Assembly: GCA_049304275.1 (NCBI GenBank)
Contig: JBAQNZ010000017.1
Coordinates: forward strand, 11,890 to 75,889
DNA length: 64,000 nucleotides
Direction: 5' to 3'
From: Candidatus Microsaccharimonas sp.
Lineage (GTDB): Bacteria > Patescibacteriota > Saccharimonadia > Saccharimonadales > Saccharimonadaceae
The notes under the pieces are model-generated. The model was not told the DNA's origin. It saw only the letters and a list, made by a program, of their open reading frames with translations, and did no database searches. A program made the position numbers and the translations under genes. This document shows positions 1-8,730 of this stretch, piece after piece; position 1 is the stretch's first letter, and each line of letters starts with the position of its first letter.

Positions 1-673
1 ATCGGATGATCGTCAGTACGCCAACGCCGTCCTGAATCGTGCTATAGACACTTGGATTATTGATATTTGCACGGGTCAGTGTAAAGTCTTTCGTATCGGC
101 CCCCCGTAGCACTGTCAATTTTACTGTCGTTCCGATGTCACCACGGATTTTACTAACAACTTGTTCAGTAGTTTGGTCACCGACGGCCTCGCCATTCACC
201 GCAACAATGATGTCACCCACCATAATGCCCGCTTTTTCGGCCGGATTGTCTTTGAGTAAACGGACAACAGTTAAACTCTTGTCACGCATACTTAGTTCAA
301 CCCCTATGCCACCACCAATCGTGCCGCTGAGACTGTTGTCGAACTCTTCAGACTCTTTTTGGTTCAAATAGACGGTATATTCGTCGCCTAGTGAATCCAC
401 CATCCCTTTGTTTGCACCTTCAATTAAAGTCTTATCGTCGAGCGTACCATCATAGTTAACCTTTAGTAGCTGATAGGTTGTCTGTAGTGAAGATAGGTCA
501 AGTGATCCAGCGTATGATTTCAATCCAAACATTGGCCCTATGGCAGAAAATATCTGGGTATTAAATGTTCCACCAATATACCCTAGCCCTGCTACAAATA
601 CGAACGCAACAATCCACACACCCGTAGGTATGCGGCGCACTTTGACTCCTCTTTTTCGACGATGGCTGACCAT
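1..673 (-). CDS. C-terminal processing peptidase (S41/Ctp family) with PDZ domain; N-terminal part only, because the gene runs off the window start
   Basis: My translation of the minus strand from ATG at 673 gives MVSHRRKRGVKVRRIPTGVWIVAFVFVAGLGYIGG (basic N-terminus plus TM). It is followed by a PDZ-like block VELSMRDKSLTVVRLLKDNPAEKAGIMVGDIIVAVNGEAV. It is absent from the ORF track because no stop lies in the window. Confidence 0.7.
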   Translation of the reverse strand, partial: MVSHRRKRGVKVRRIPTGVWIVAFVFVAGLGYIGGTFNTQIFSAIGPMFGLKSYAGSLDLSSLQTTYQLLKVNYDGTLDDKTLIEGANKGMVDSLGDEYTVYLNQKESEEFDNSLSGTIGGGIGVELSMRDKSLTVVRLLKDNPAEKAGIMVGDIIVAVNGEAVGDQTTEQVVSKIRGDIGTTVKLTVLRGADTKDFTLTRANINNPSVYSTIQDGVGVLTIIR

Positions 674-762
674 GATTCCCCTTTTTTATAAGCAAATAAA
701 CTACGCCCTATTATAACGCACTCTTGGTGGAGTGCGCTGATAAAAGTTATGCTTTTTTTGTC

Positions 763-1995
763 TTAAATAATTTTAACGTATTGATCAAAGACACTTTTGT
801 CGAGCCACATTTCACTGTACATACCATACTGACCATTTATCTGCCAGTTATATTGGCTGACAAGAATCTGATTGCCATTTACTGCCTCAACCCAAGCAAC
901 GTGACCTGGGTTACCCCACATAACTGCAATCGAGCCTGCCTGTGGTGAGCTTCCCAAATCTTGATAGCCTGCCGCAATGGCATTTCGAGCAAAGTCGCCA
1001 CCATTACCCCAGTTATAGTACTTACCTGTAACAGAGGCTACTTTCCAAGCTGCATAACTTGCACACTGACGGCAACCGTATCCTCGGCCATCTCCACCAT
1101 TCCCGTCTTGACCGCCGTATGAATACCATCCGCCCGGACCACCCATTTGACAGTCGTTTGGTGCCCATAGTGACGTGTATGCGCCAAGCGAGCCGCTGTT
1201 TACCAGGCTATATCCACCCGAAGAGTTCGCACGGGCCGCTAGTGCAGCTTGTGCAGCCTTTGCTGCTGCAATTTGCGTTGCACTGCTAGCAATCAAGCCT
1301 TGGTACGTTGCTTCGTCGTTACGAGTCTGGGCTAGCAAGTTTGCTTGTTCATTTTCTTTGGCGACCAATGAGTCGCGGGCCGTCTTTTGTTCGTTCAGTA
1401 CTTTCTCGACATCTACTTTTTGCTTGTCGAGTTTTGATTTCAGATCTTTGACCGTCTGGATTGTACTGCTCAGCTGGTCACGAATTGAACTACGGTAACT
1501 TTGTTTGTTAATAAAATCACTGATATTATCACTGCCCGCAAGCAACTCAATCGACGTTGTCTGTCCATCGATATATAAGTTTGCGAGTGTCGTGCCTAAT
1601 GCGTCTTGATTCGACTTAATTTTCTTTTCTGTGTCGGCAATGTCAATAACCAGCTTGTCGTATTGACTCTGGCTCAAGTCCACTTGGGCTTGGAGGGCGT
1701 TCTTTTCGTTTGTAATCTGCGCAAGCGCATTCGCGAGTGATGCCGCTTCACCATTCAAACGGTCTGACTCTGCTTGGTAACGAGCCATATCAGCCTGCAA
1801 CGCACGAATCTTGTCATCGTATTCATCAGCGGCGACAGGACTAACGAAATGAAAGCTGGTGACCGCAAAGACGGTAATAATCACCATAATAAGGGTGTTG
1901 CGGGCAATAATCGCAATGTTAGAGAGTGAAGCTGGTGTGGTGGTGCGCAGTTTCATAACTGTTCTCATAGTAGCATAAGCACAATGCTTCGTCAA
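763..1995 (-). CDS. PcsB-like peptidoglycan hydrolase: N-terminal TM/signal, long coiled coil, C-terminal CHAP amidase/peptidase domain
   Basis: The central region is heptad-like and Q/A/L/K-rich. The C-terminus, GYGCRQCASYAAWKV...GHVAWVEAV, resembles the CHAP Cys/His core. It lies directly downstream of ftsE-ftsX. The start is uncertain: TTG at 1995, or ATG at 1968 or 1956. Confidence 0.75.
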   Translation of the reverse strand: MTKHCAYATMRTVMKLRTTTPASLSNIAIIARNTLIMVIITVFAVTSFHFVSPVAADEYDDKIRALQADMARYQAESDRLNGEAASLANALAQITNEKNALQAQVDLSQSQYDKLVIDIADTEKKIKSNQDALGTTLANLYIDGQTTSIELLAGSDNISDFINKQSYRSSIRDQLSSTIQTVKDLKSKLDKQKVDVEKVLNEQKTARDSLVAKENEQANLLAQTRNDEATYQGLIASSATQIAAAKAAQAALAARANSSGGYSLVNSGSLGAYTSLWAPNDCQMGGPGGWYSYGGQDGNGGDGRGYGCRQCASYAAWKVASVTGKYYNWGNGGDFARNAIAAGYQDLGSSPQAGSIAVMWGNPGHVAWVEAVNGNQILVSQYNWQINGQYGMYSEMWLDKSVFDQYVKII

Positions 1996-1996
1996 G

Positions 1997-2980
1997 CTAC
2001 AGCTTGAGGTAGCGGCGTGTCGCCATCAGAGACGAGATGATGCCAATGATCGCACCAATAACGATCATGGCGAGCAAGATAAATCCGGAGTAAAATACCA
2101 GTACATCGAGCGTCGGCTGAACAAGGAAATAGGCACCGAGTGACGGTGCAGACAGGAACATCATGCCATAACCCAATCCAGTCGCAATAAGGGCAGCAAA
2201 GAGTCCATAGACGACAGCCTCGACGACGAAGGGACCGCGAATAAACGAACGTTCCGCACCAATCAACTTCATCATATTAATCTCTTCTTTGCGGTTAAAA
2301 ATAGCCATGCGAATTGTATTGAAGATGATTAACATCGATATCACGACAAATACGGCACTCGTTCCAATACCGATCTTTTGAGCAAAGTCGGACGCACCAG
2401 CAATGCGGTCGATAACCCCCTTCTTAGATCCGGCAAACGAAGGTGGTTGGTTTGCATCGAGCCGCTCTTGAACGAATTCATTTTTAGTAACGTATTCAGA
2501 AAGTTGCGACGTGTCGTTAATATCTGTCACCTTTATATTAATTGTCCATGGGAACTTATTTGAAGACTCCTTGATAGCTGTTAAGGAATCTGCGTCAGTC
2601 TTGTTCTGGTCGATGAATTGTTCGCGGGCTTGTTCTGGTGTAACAAGCGAGGTACCTAGGACAGATGACAGTTTTTCAATATCGTTCCTCACCTGCTGAA
2701 CGTCTTCTGAAGACGTGCTGGTATCGAGGTAGATAGACATCTGTAACGTTTCGCGAAGATTTGTTAATGTGTCGGTCAAGACGTTACGTGCCATGACGCT
2801 CGTAAAAATAACAAACAAGGTAATTGTCATAACGGCCGTTGCTGCGATCGTCAGCCAGGCATTACGGGTAAAGTTATTAACACCATAGCGGCACATACGC
2901 ATAAACGTCACCCACTGCCTTCGGTGGCGTTTTTGTTGAGCAAAGCTCTTTGAATCTAACTTTTTCTTACCCTTAGCCAT
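1997..2980 (-). CDS. ftsX: Cell division protein FtsX (permease-like)
   Basis: 327 aa with one N-terminal TM, a large extracytoplasmic loop and three C-terminal TMs. It abuts ftsE (stop and start are adjacent). Confidence 0.85.
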   Translation of the reverse strand: MAKGKKKLDSKSFAQQKRHRRQWVTFMRMCRYGVNNFTRNAWLTIAATAVMTITLFVIFTSVMARNVLTDTLTNLRETLQMSIYLDTSTSSEDVQQVRNDIEKLSSVLGTSLVTPEQAREQFIDQNKTDADSLTAIKESSNKFPWTINIKVTDINDTSQLSEYVTKNEFVQERLDANQPPSFAGSKKGVIDRIAGASDFAQKIGIGTSAVFVVISMLIIFNTIRMAIFNRKEEINMMKLIGAERSFIRGPFVVEAVVYGLFAALIATGLGYGMMFLSAPSLGAYFLVQPTLDVLVFYSGFILLAMIVIGAIIGIISSLMATRRYLKL

Positions 2981-3664
2981 TTACTGCCTATAGCTTCCTT
3001 CGGCCTGATCACCAGTAATTTTTCCGCCCTCAATCGTAATCACGCGACGTTTTAACTTATTTACGATGTCGGCATTATGGGTGGTCAGCAATACAGTTGT
3101 ACCGTACTTGTTGATCTTTTCAAGCAGTCGGACAATGTCCCAACTATGCTTGGGGTCGAGGTTACCTGTCGGCTCATCGGCGATCAGAATCTTTGGCTGT
3201 CGAACAACGGCACGAGCAATCGCAACGCGCTGACGTTCACCACCTGAGAGTTGATTTGGGAATTGCTTTTCTTTACCAGTTAACCCTACCAGGTCAATGA
3301 CTTTTGGTACGGTGTTTTTGATCTCGCGGCCGGTCATACCAGCAATTTCAAGGGCAAAGGCAATGTTCTCAAATACCGTACGTTGTGGTAGTAGTTTAAA
3401 GTCTTGAAAGACGACACCTATTTTGCGTCGGAGCATCGGGACTTGGTGATCTTTTAGGGTGTCGTAGTCGATACCACCAACAACAATTTTGCCACTGGTT
3501 GGTTTCTCTTCCCTAGTCAGAAGTTTCAAAAGTGTCGATTTACCAGCGCCACTGGCACCAACAATAATGACAAATTCACGAGGCTCAATAAAAAGGCTCA
3601 GTCGGCTGAGCGCAGGCGTGGTATCTTTACCGTACGATTTTGTAACCCTATCTAACAGAATCAT
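2981..3664 (-). CDS. ftsE: Cell division ATP-binding protein FtsE
   Basis: Walker A GASGAGKST, ABC signature LSGGERQR, Walker B ILIADEPT. 227 aa, paired with ftsX. Confidence 0.85.
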   Translation of the reverse strand: MILLDRVTKSYGKDTTPALSRLSLFIEPREFVIIVGASGAGKSTLLKLLTREEKPTSGKIVVGGIDYDTLKDHQVPMLRRKIGVVFQDFKLLPQRTVFENIAFALEIAGMTGREIKNTVPKVIDLVGLTGKEKQFPNQLSGGERQRVAIARAVVRQPKILIADEPTGNLDPKHSWDIVRLLEKINKYGTTVLLTTHNADIVNKLKRRVITIEGGKITGDQAEGSYRQ

Positions 3665-3675
3665 ATCTGTAGATA
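3664..3675. repeat. 12-bp direct repeat tatctgtagata, left copy, flanking the GC-rich cassette
   Basis: An exact second copy lies at 4284-4295. Confidence 0.7.
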
Positions 3676-3725
3676 GTATAGCATAAACGGGTTATATCGA
3701 TAGATACGAATCAAGGTGAATCATT

Positions 3726-3755
3726 GGAAGGGCGCGCTGTGGGACGCGCCCTTCC
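3726..3755 (-). terminator. GC-rich hairpin downstream of the Clp_N-domain gene
   Basis: ggaagggcgcg / cgcgcccttcc forms a perfect 11-bp stem with an 8-nt loop, 8 nt past the stop at 3763. No clear U-tract follows. Confidence 0.5.
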
Positions 3756-3762
3756 AGAAGAC

Positions 3763-4227
3763 TCAGACTTCCGATCCAGTCCGCCGTTTGAGGGCAGCCT
3801 GCACCTGCCAGTGGTTGATCCCGAGGGAATCGAACAGCTGTTCGACATCGGGATCCTGCTGGTCGATGATCGCGTGAAGCAGATGGTCCGTACGCACTTT
3901 CGCATTCGGTCCGCTCTCTTCGCGAGCGATCTTCAGGGCAAGCTGGATGCTCTCAGTGAGCGGTCGGGTATACCCGATCACCGCCAACTCACCCTTGCGG
4001 GGTTCGTACATCTTGCCAACCTCTTCCCGAGCCTTTTCGAGGTCGGGTGAGAAGTCAGCCAGTGTCTTTCCAACATAGTCGGCCTGAGGCCGCAACATGA
4101 AAGCGAGTACGACGTGCGCTGGGCCTTTCACGCGGTGAACAAGGAGTTTGACCTCCAATGCCGCCACATCCATGGCTGCCAGCGTTTGCGACGTAGCGTT
4201 CAGGGGGGTGAGGTGTTCGATGGTCAT
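3763..4227 (-). CDS. Stand-alone Clp N-terminal (Clp_N repeat) domain protein
   Basis: The C-terminal half, LTESIQLALKIAREESGPNAKVRTDHLLHAIIDQQDPDVEQLFDSLGINHWQVQAAL, matches the Clp_N repeat pattern (helix, then xxHLLlall, then lGv). The gene is much more GC-rich than its neighbours. Confidence 0.55.
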   Translation of the reverse strand: MTIEHLTPLNATSQTLAAMDVAALEVKLLVHRVKGPAHVVLAFMLRPQADYVGKTLADFSPDLEKAREEVGKMYEPRKGELAVIGYTRPLTESIQLALKIAREESGPNAKVRTDHLLHAIIDQQDPDVEQLFDSLGINHWQVQAALKRRTGSEV

Positions 4228-4283
4228 AAGATTCTCCTTGGTCGAAGGGTTAAAGACTGAGTCTTCCGAGGCATCTTACCTCG

Positions 4284-4295
4284 TATCTGTAGATA
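4284..4295. repeat. 12-bp direct repeat tatctgtagata, right copy
   Basis: Exact copy of 3664-3675. Confidence 0.7.
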
Positions 4296-4365
4296 TCGTA
4301 ATAAAGTTACCTCTTTGAATGACATATCCACCAAAGATGATATTATTATAACACACTTAAGCTAT

Positions 4366-5448
4366 TTATTCAATACCTGGCGCTTCCAAAAAGGCATCCA
4401 TGAAAGGAGTTAAGTCACCATCTAGGACGGCTTGAACATTATTGGTTTCATATTTAGTGCGTGTGTCTTTAGCGAGTGTATAGGGGTGTAGAACATAATT
4501 ACGGATTTGACTCCCCCAGTTGGCCGACTCCCCCGCCTGTAATTCGGTAATTGAACTGGCGTGCTGTTCTAGTTGTAGTTGCGCTAATTTCGAGCGAAGA
4601 ATCTTCATGGCTGTTTCTTTGTTTTGTAACTGCGAGCGCTCGTTTTGAATCGCCACAACAATGCCCGTTGGGATATGGGTTATGCGCACGGCGCTGTCGG
4701 TCGTATTGACCGATTGGCCACCATGGCCACCGGCACGGTAAACATCAATCTTTAAATCTTTTTCGTCGATCGCGACCTCATCGGGCGCATCAATTTTTGG
4801 CAACACCTCAACCAACGCAAAGCTGGTTTGACGGAGGTTGTCGCTATTAAACGGGCTCAATCGCACCAAACGATGAACCCCATGTTCACTCTTTAGTTTT
4901 CCGTAGGCAAATGGCCCAGTAATATCAATTACGCTTGATTTAATACCGGCTTCTTCACCGTTTGAATGTTCGATGATCGTCGCGCTCATGCCGGCTTTTT
5001 CGGCCCAGCGCAGATACATACGCTCAACCATTTCGGTCCAGTCCTGCGCATCGGTTCCACCAGCGCCTGCACTTAAACGAAGGATAGCGTCGTGATCATC
5101 GAATTCTCCGTCGTATAACAATACTTTTCGTAGCGCCTGATATTCACGCTCCATCGCAGTGATCTGACCTTCGAATTCTTCTTGTAGACTATCGTCGCCC
5201 ATCTCCATCAGCTCATACATATCACTCGCCTGGGCCTGTAATGTCAACCACGGATCAACCAAGTTTCGCAGGGCCGCTAGCTGTTTACTTTTTGCCTGTG
5301 CATCAGTGGGGTTATTCCAAATCTCCGACGTCGCCATCAGCTGATCCAGGTGATCAATTTCTTGTTGCTTGGCAGCAATGTTTAAACGCATCAACGCCGC
5401 ATCGATTTGCGGACGCAAGTCATTCAGACGTTTTATTAGAGGTTGCAT
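4366..5448 (-). CDS. prfB: Peptide chain release factor 2
   Basis: SPF tripeptide (LSPFNSD) and GGQ motif ([23 protein letters not shown]). 360 aa in one uninterrupted frame. Confidence 0.9.
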   Translation of the reverse strand: MQPLIKRLNDLRPQIDAALMRLNIAAKQQEIDHLDQLMATSEIWNNPTDAQAKSKQLAALRNLVDPWLTLQAQASDMYELMEMGDDSLQEEFEGQITAMEREYQALRKVLLYDGEFDDHDAILRLSAGAGGTDAQDWTEMVERMYLRWAEKAGMSATIIEHSNGEEAGIKSSVIDITGPFAYGKLKSEHGVHRLVRLSPFNSDNLRQTSFALVEVLPKIDAPDEVAIDEKDLKIDVYRAGGHGGQSVNTTDSAVRITHIPTGIVVAIQNERSQLQNKETAMKILRSKLAQLQLEQHASSITELQAGESANWGSQIRNYVLHPYTLAKDTRTKYETNNVQAVLDGDLTPFMDAFLEAPGIE

Positions 5449-5469
5449 ACCCTTAACTATACAGGAAAA

Positions 5470-5478
5470 TGGTATAGT
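5470..5478 (+). promoter_or_regulatory. Extended -10 box TGGTATAGT, 6 nt upstream of the murI ATG (leaderless-type)
   Basis: Sequence tggtatagt-aatgag-ATG. No Shine-Dalgarno sequence in the gap. Confidence 0.5.
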
Positions 5479-5484
5479 AATGAG

Positions 5485-6138
5485 ATGAAGATCGGTGTCT
5501 TTGATTCAGGAATCGGCGGAAAAGCCGTTGCAACGAGGTTGCAGGAACTTATCCCGAACGCTGAGATTATATCTGTTGATGACCACAGACATGTCCCTTA
5601 TGGGTCGCGACCAAACGCCGAGATTATTAGTCTGACCCAAACAGCTATCCAACCACTCATTGATGCCGAGTGTGATGTTATTGTGATTGCTTGTAATACT
5701 GCAACGACTGTCGCTATTAATCACCTGCGCGAAATGTTCCCTCTTGTACCATTCGTCGGTATTGAGCCAATGATTAAACCTGCAGCTGCTTTAACAATAA
5801 CGAAAAAAATTACCGTCCTCGCAACCCCAGCGACGTTAGCCAGCGCCCGCTACAAGGAGCTGAAAAAGTTATGGGCCAATAATGTACATATTGATGAACC
5901 TGACTGCAATGACTGGGCTGAATTAATTGAAGCAAATCGTTCCAAAGAAGTTCCCATTGCAGGTGTCGTTCGGAATGCTATCGATAATGGTAGCGACGTT
6001 ATCGTACTTGCCTGCACCCACTATCACTACCTAACATCGGCCGCTGTTGCTACTGCCGAAAAACGTGCGACGATCTTAGAACCATCAGATGCAATCGCTC
6101 GGCGCATTAAAACGATTCTTAGTTATTCAGGTAATTGA
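5485..6138 (+). CDS. murI: Glutamate racemase
   Basis: MKIGVFDSGIGG N-terminus, the ACNTATT catalytic Cys motif and a second Cys motif, VLACTHY. The ORF-track start at 5443 overlaps the prfB start, so the ATG at 5485 is preferred. Confidence 0.85.
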   Translation: MKIGVFDSGIGGKAVATRLQELIPNAEIISVDDHRHVPYGSRPNAEIISLTQTAIQPLIDAECDVIVIACNTATTVAINHLREMFPLVPFVGIEPMIKPAAALTITKKITVLATPATLASARYKELKKLWANNVHIDEPDCNDWAELIEANRSKEVPIAGVVRNAIDNGSDVIVLACTHYHYLTSAAVATAEKRATILEPSDAIARRIKTILSYSGN

Positions 6139-7415
6139 TTTACGGCAGAAACAAACTGCTCACCGCGATCGACGTAGTTTTTGAACAGTCCAAAACTCGC
6201 CGCCGATGGGCTAAGCAAGACCACCGAACCTGGCTCGGCTAATTCATACGCTCGCTTAGTAAATGCGGTCGCTGTGGCATTCTCGATAGTTTCATAACTA
6301 CTGAATCCAACCTCGTCCAAGGCCTTTGCAATATGTGGAGCCTCATCGCCAATCAAAATCACCTGCACATCGTGCTTTGTCAGCTCGATAGCCAGTTCAG
6401 TAAAGTCAGAGCCCTTAAACGAGCCGCCTAAAATGATGACTTTTGGTTGTGCAAATGCCCGTAACGCCGCAATTGCAGAACCAGGGGTTGTTGCAATACT
6501 ATCATCATAATAATCGACACCTCGTACGGTCTTAACATACGCTAGACGATGCGGTAACCCTTTAAAACTACGGATACCTTGTTCGATAATGGTCGCATCC
6601 TGAGTATATTGCCACACGGCATCAATGGCTGCAGTGGCGTTTGAGATGTTATGTTCACCCTTAATTTGAAGGCTATCGACTGAACAAATTTTTTGTTCAC
6701 CGTTATAAAAATCTTTTCCTTCGACATGAGTAGTTCGATTACTTGGAAAGGCCACTTTTGTCTGTTGATTATTCAGATGTGCGATGAATATCGAGAATTC
6801 GTTCTGCCCATTATAGATCAGTAAGTCCCCTGATTTCTGAAACCGAGCGATGTTGCCTTTGGCGTTCACATATTCATCCATGTCTTTATGGACATCCAGA
6901 TGTTCTTGCTCTATCATCAGCACAACTGCGGTTTTCGGTGAACTTTCAATGTCCCATAACTGGAAGCTCGACAGTTCATAGACAACAATATCTTCGGGTT
7001 TAATCTGATCAAGTATGTCAATTGCCGCTATTCCTATATTCCCCACTAGCCATACTTTTTTACCGGCCGCTTCAAGGATCGAAGTAATAAGACTTGAAGT
7101 CGTCCCCTTACCTTTAGAACCAGTAACACCGATGATGTCGGCTGGGCACTTTTCAAAGAATTCGTTTGTCGCCGACCAAATCTTACCATCGGTCTTGATC
7201 TTGTACGGCGCCAAGCCAGCTGTACGAACTACGAGGTCAAACCCATCCAGTTGTTCGAATACCCCTGGACCAAGTAGGGTTTTTGCAACTTCTGGCAAAG
7301 GGTGTTTTGGTACTAACTGCTCATCGACGATTGTAATATCATTTGATGAGTCTTTCGCCCAATAGCGGTAATTTGATTCTCCCTCTACCCCATACCCAGC
7401 AATCGCAATCTTCAT
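6123..7415 (-). CDS. murD: Mur ligase, most likely UDP-N-acetylmuramoyl-L-alanine--D-glutamate ligase
   Basis: N-terminal Rossmann-like IAIAGYGVEG and Mur ligase P-loop GVTGSKGKGTTSS. 430 aa, next to murI. Confidence 0.7.
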   Translation of the reverse strand: MKIAIAGYGVEGESNYRYWAKDSSNDITIVDEQLVPKHPLPEVAKTLLGPGVFEQLDGFDLVVRTAGLAPYKIKTDGKIWSATNEFFEKCPADIIGVTGSKGKGTTSSLITSILEAAGKKVWLVGNIGIAAIDILDQIKPEDIVVYELSSFQLWDIESSPKTAVVLMIEQEHLDVHKDMDEYVNAKGNIARFQKSGDLLIYNGQNEFSIFIAHLNNQQTKVAFPSNRTTHVEGKDFYNGEQKICSVDSLQIKGEHNISNATAAIDAVWQYTQDATIIEQGIRSFKGLPHRLAYVKTVRGVDYYDDSIATTPGSAIAALRAFAQPKVIILGGSFKGSDFTELAIELTKHDVQVILIGDEAPHIAKALDEVGFSSYETIENATATAFTKRAYELAEPGSVVLLSPSAASFGLFKNYVDRGEQFVSAVNQLPE

Positions 7416-7419
7416 GCTT

Positions 7420-8712
7420 CTATTCTAACTCGGATTTGAACAGTTCTGATACTTTATCGTTCAGTTCCAGTAGTTCATGACGCTCACCACTACTAACAGC
7501 CGCGAGAACCCACGTATTAGCGTCAATAAAGCTTTGGGCCGTGGCCATGATCTTTTCTCGTGTCACGCGGCGAATATAATCAGGTATTTTATCGTAGTCT
7601 TTGATGAAATCGTCGGCAAAATAGCGATTGGTATAAAAATCACTGATCTGTGAAACAGTCTGTGCGCCCATTTGATAACGGCCAAGGCCGAATGATTTCG
7701 CCGCATCGATTTCTTGGTCGGTTAGTTTACCGTCCAGGACAGCTTTAATTTCGGTAGCAATAATCTTAAATAGTTCAGGCGCCGTATCGTGGTTTACCTG
7801 CCCTGAAATGTCCCAGGCGCTATCATAAAAACCAGCTCCGGTATATGAGCCGACACTGTACGCTAACCCCTTTGAACGAGCCTTACCGAAAATACGTGAA
7901 TGAGTAGTACCAGTCAGAATATGGTTTAAATTATGCATCGCATCGAGCTCATCATCAGCTAGTTGCCTTGGCATACTAAGTGTCCAACCAAAGGTGAGGT
8001 TCGAGGCATCTTTACGGCGAATAATCGTCGGTGAACCACTCGATAACTCGTCACGAGGTACTTCAAAACGCTCACCCTGTGGCAAATCAAACGCTTCAAG
8101 TTGACGAAGGATGTCCGTTTTGCGGCCACGAAGTTTTCCGGCAATCACAAAGCGCATGTTTTTCGTGGTATGGGTACGACGGTGATGCTCACGAATATCT
8201 GACAGATCGACATTAGTAATCGTCGATAGTGACTGACGATAGGTCAAGACGTCCTCGCCTAGTAGTTGTTGAACTTTAGGCCACAGAATACGGTGATGAT
8301 CGTTTAGGTAGTTAGTTAACTCTCCTCGAACATTCCCTTTTTCGGCCTCTAGCTCGGTTTCGTTGAAACGTGGCTGGCAAATACTTAGTCGTTGTAGTTC
8401 CAAAATGCGATCCCATTCAAAATCGGCACAGTCAGATTCATACACCAACGACAGATCAGTCGTATAGGCATTGTGATAGGCACCATTCTTGGTAAATTCA
8501 GATTCAAAGTCATGTTCGGATTTGAATTTAGCATTGGCACCAAAGGCCATGTGCTCCATGATGTGGGCAACTTGTTCGATATCTTTATTCTTTGCGTATC
8601 GGTTTCCTGCTCGAAAGTGGAACTGCATACTCATGACGGTCGCACCCGGAACATTAATCAGCAGGCCACGAGCGCCATTTTTTAGCTTTACTTCTTCAAC
8701 GGTATGATTCAT
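7420..8712 (-). CDS. M16 (pitrilysin/insulinase) family zinc peptidase
   Basis: Inverted zinc motif HxxEH (HIMEHMAFG). 430 aa. Confidence 0.8.
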   Translation of the reverse strand: MNHTVEEVKLKNGARGLLINVPGATVMSMQFHFRAGNRYAKNKDIEQVAHIMEHMAFGANAKFKSEHDFESEFTKNGAYHNAYTTDLSLVYESDCADFEWDRILELQRLSICQPRFNETELEAEKGNVRGELTNYLNDHHRILWPKVQQLLGEDVLTYRQSLSTITNVDLSDIREHHRRTHTTKNMRFVIAGKLRGRKTDILRQLEAFDLPQGERFEVPRDELSSGSPTIIRRKDASNLTFGWTLSMPRQLADDELDAMHNLNHILTGTTHSRIFGKARSKGLAYSVGSYTGAGFYDSAWDISGQVNHDTAPELFKIIATEIKAVLDGKLTDQEIDAAKSFGLGRYQMGAQTVSQISDFYTNRYFADDFIKDYDKIPDYIRRVTREKIMATAQSFIDANTWVLAAVSSGERHELLELNDKVSELFKSELE

Positions 8713-8730
8713 GTACGGTCTCTTTCTGTA

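Noticed and set aside
60-371. Plus-strand ORF of 103 aa at the window start, together with the many similar 60-150-aa ORFs in the track that lie antisense to or out of frame with large genes (for example 1059-1498, 9054-9797, 34401-34778, 39630-40454, 40743-41291 and 56033-59671).
   Set aside because: Each lies entirely within a longer ORF that has clear family motifs on the other strand or in another frame. Their compositions are low-complexity (S/R/P/L-rich), typical of shadow ORFs, and none has a promoter or Shine-Dalgarno context.
3711-4050. ORFs 3711-3905 (minus) and 3724-4050 (plus) inside the GC-rich cassette.
   Set aside because: High GC produces long open frames by chance. Both overlap the longer 3763-4227 ORF, which has a Clp_N-like repeat signature. 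Their translations are Arg/Ser/Pro-rich nonsense.
4366-5448. Looked for the programmed +1 frameshift (CUU UGA C after about 25 codons) typical of prfB, and for signs of an alternative genetic code.
   Set aside because: RF2 is encoded in a single uninterrupted 360-codon frame from its ATG, so there is no frameshift site. RF1 and RF2 are both present, and TGA terminates recognisable genes such as murI. There is no evidence for UGA reassignment.
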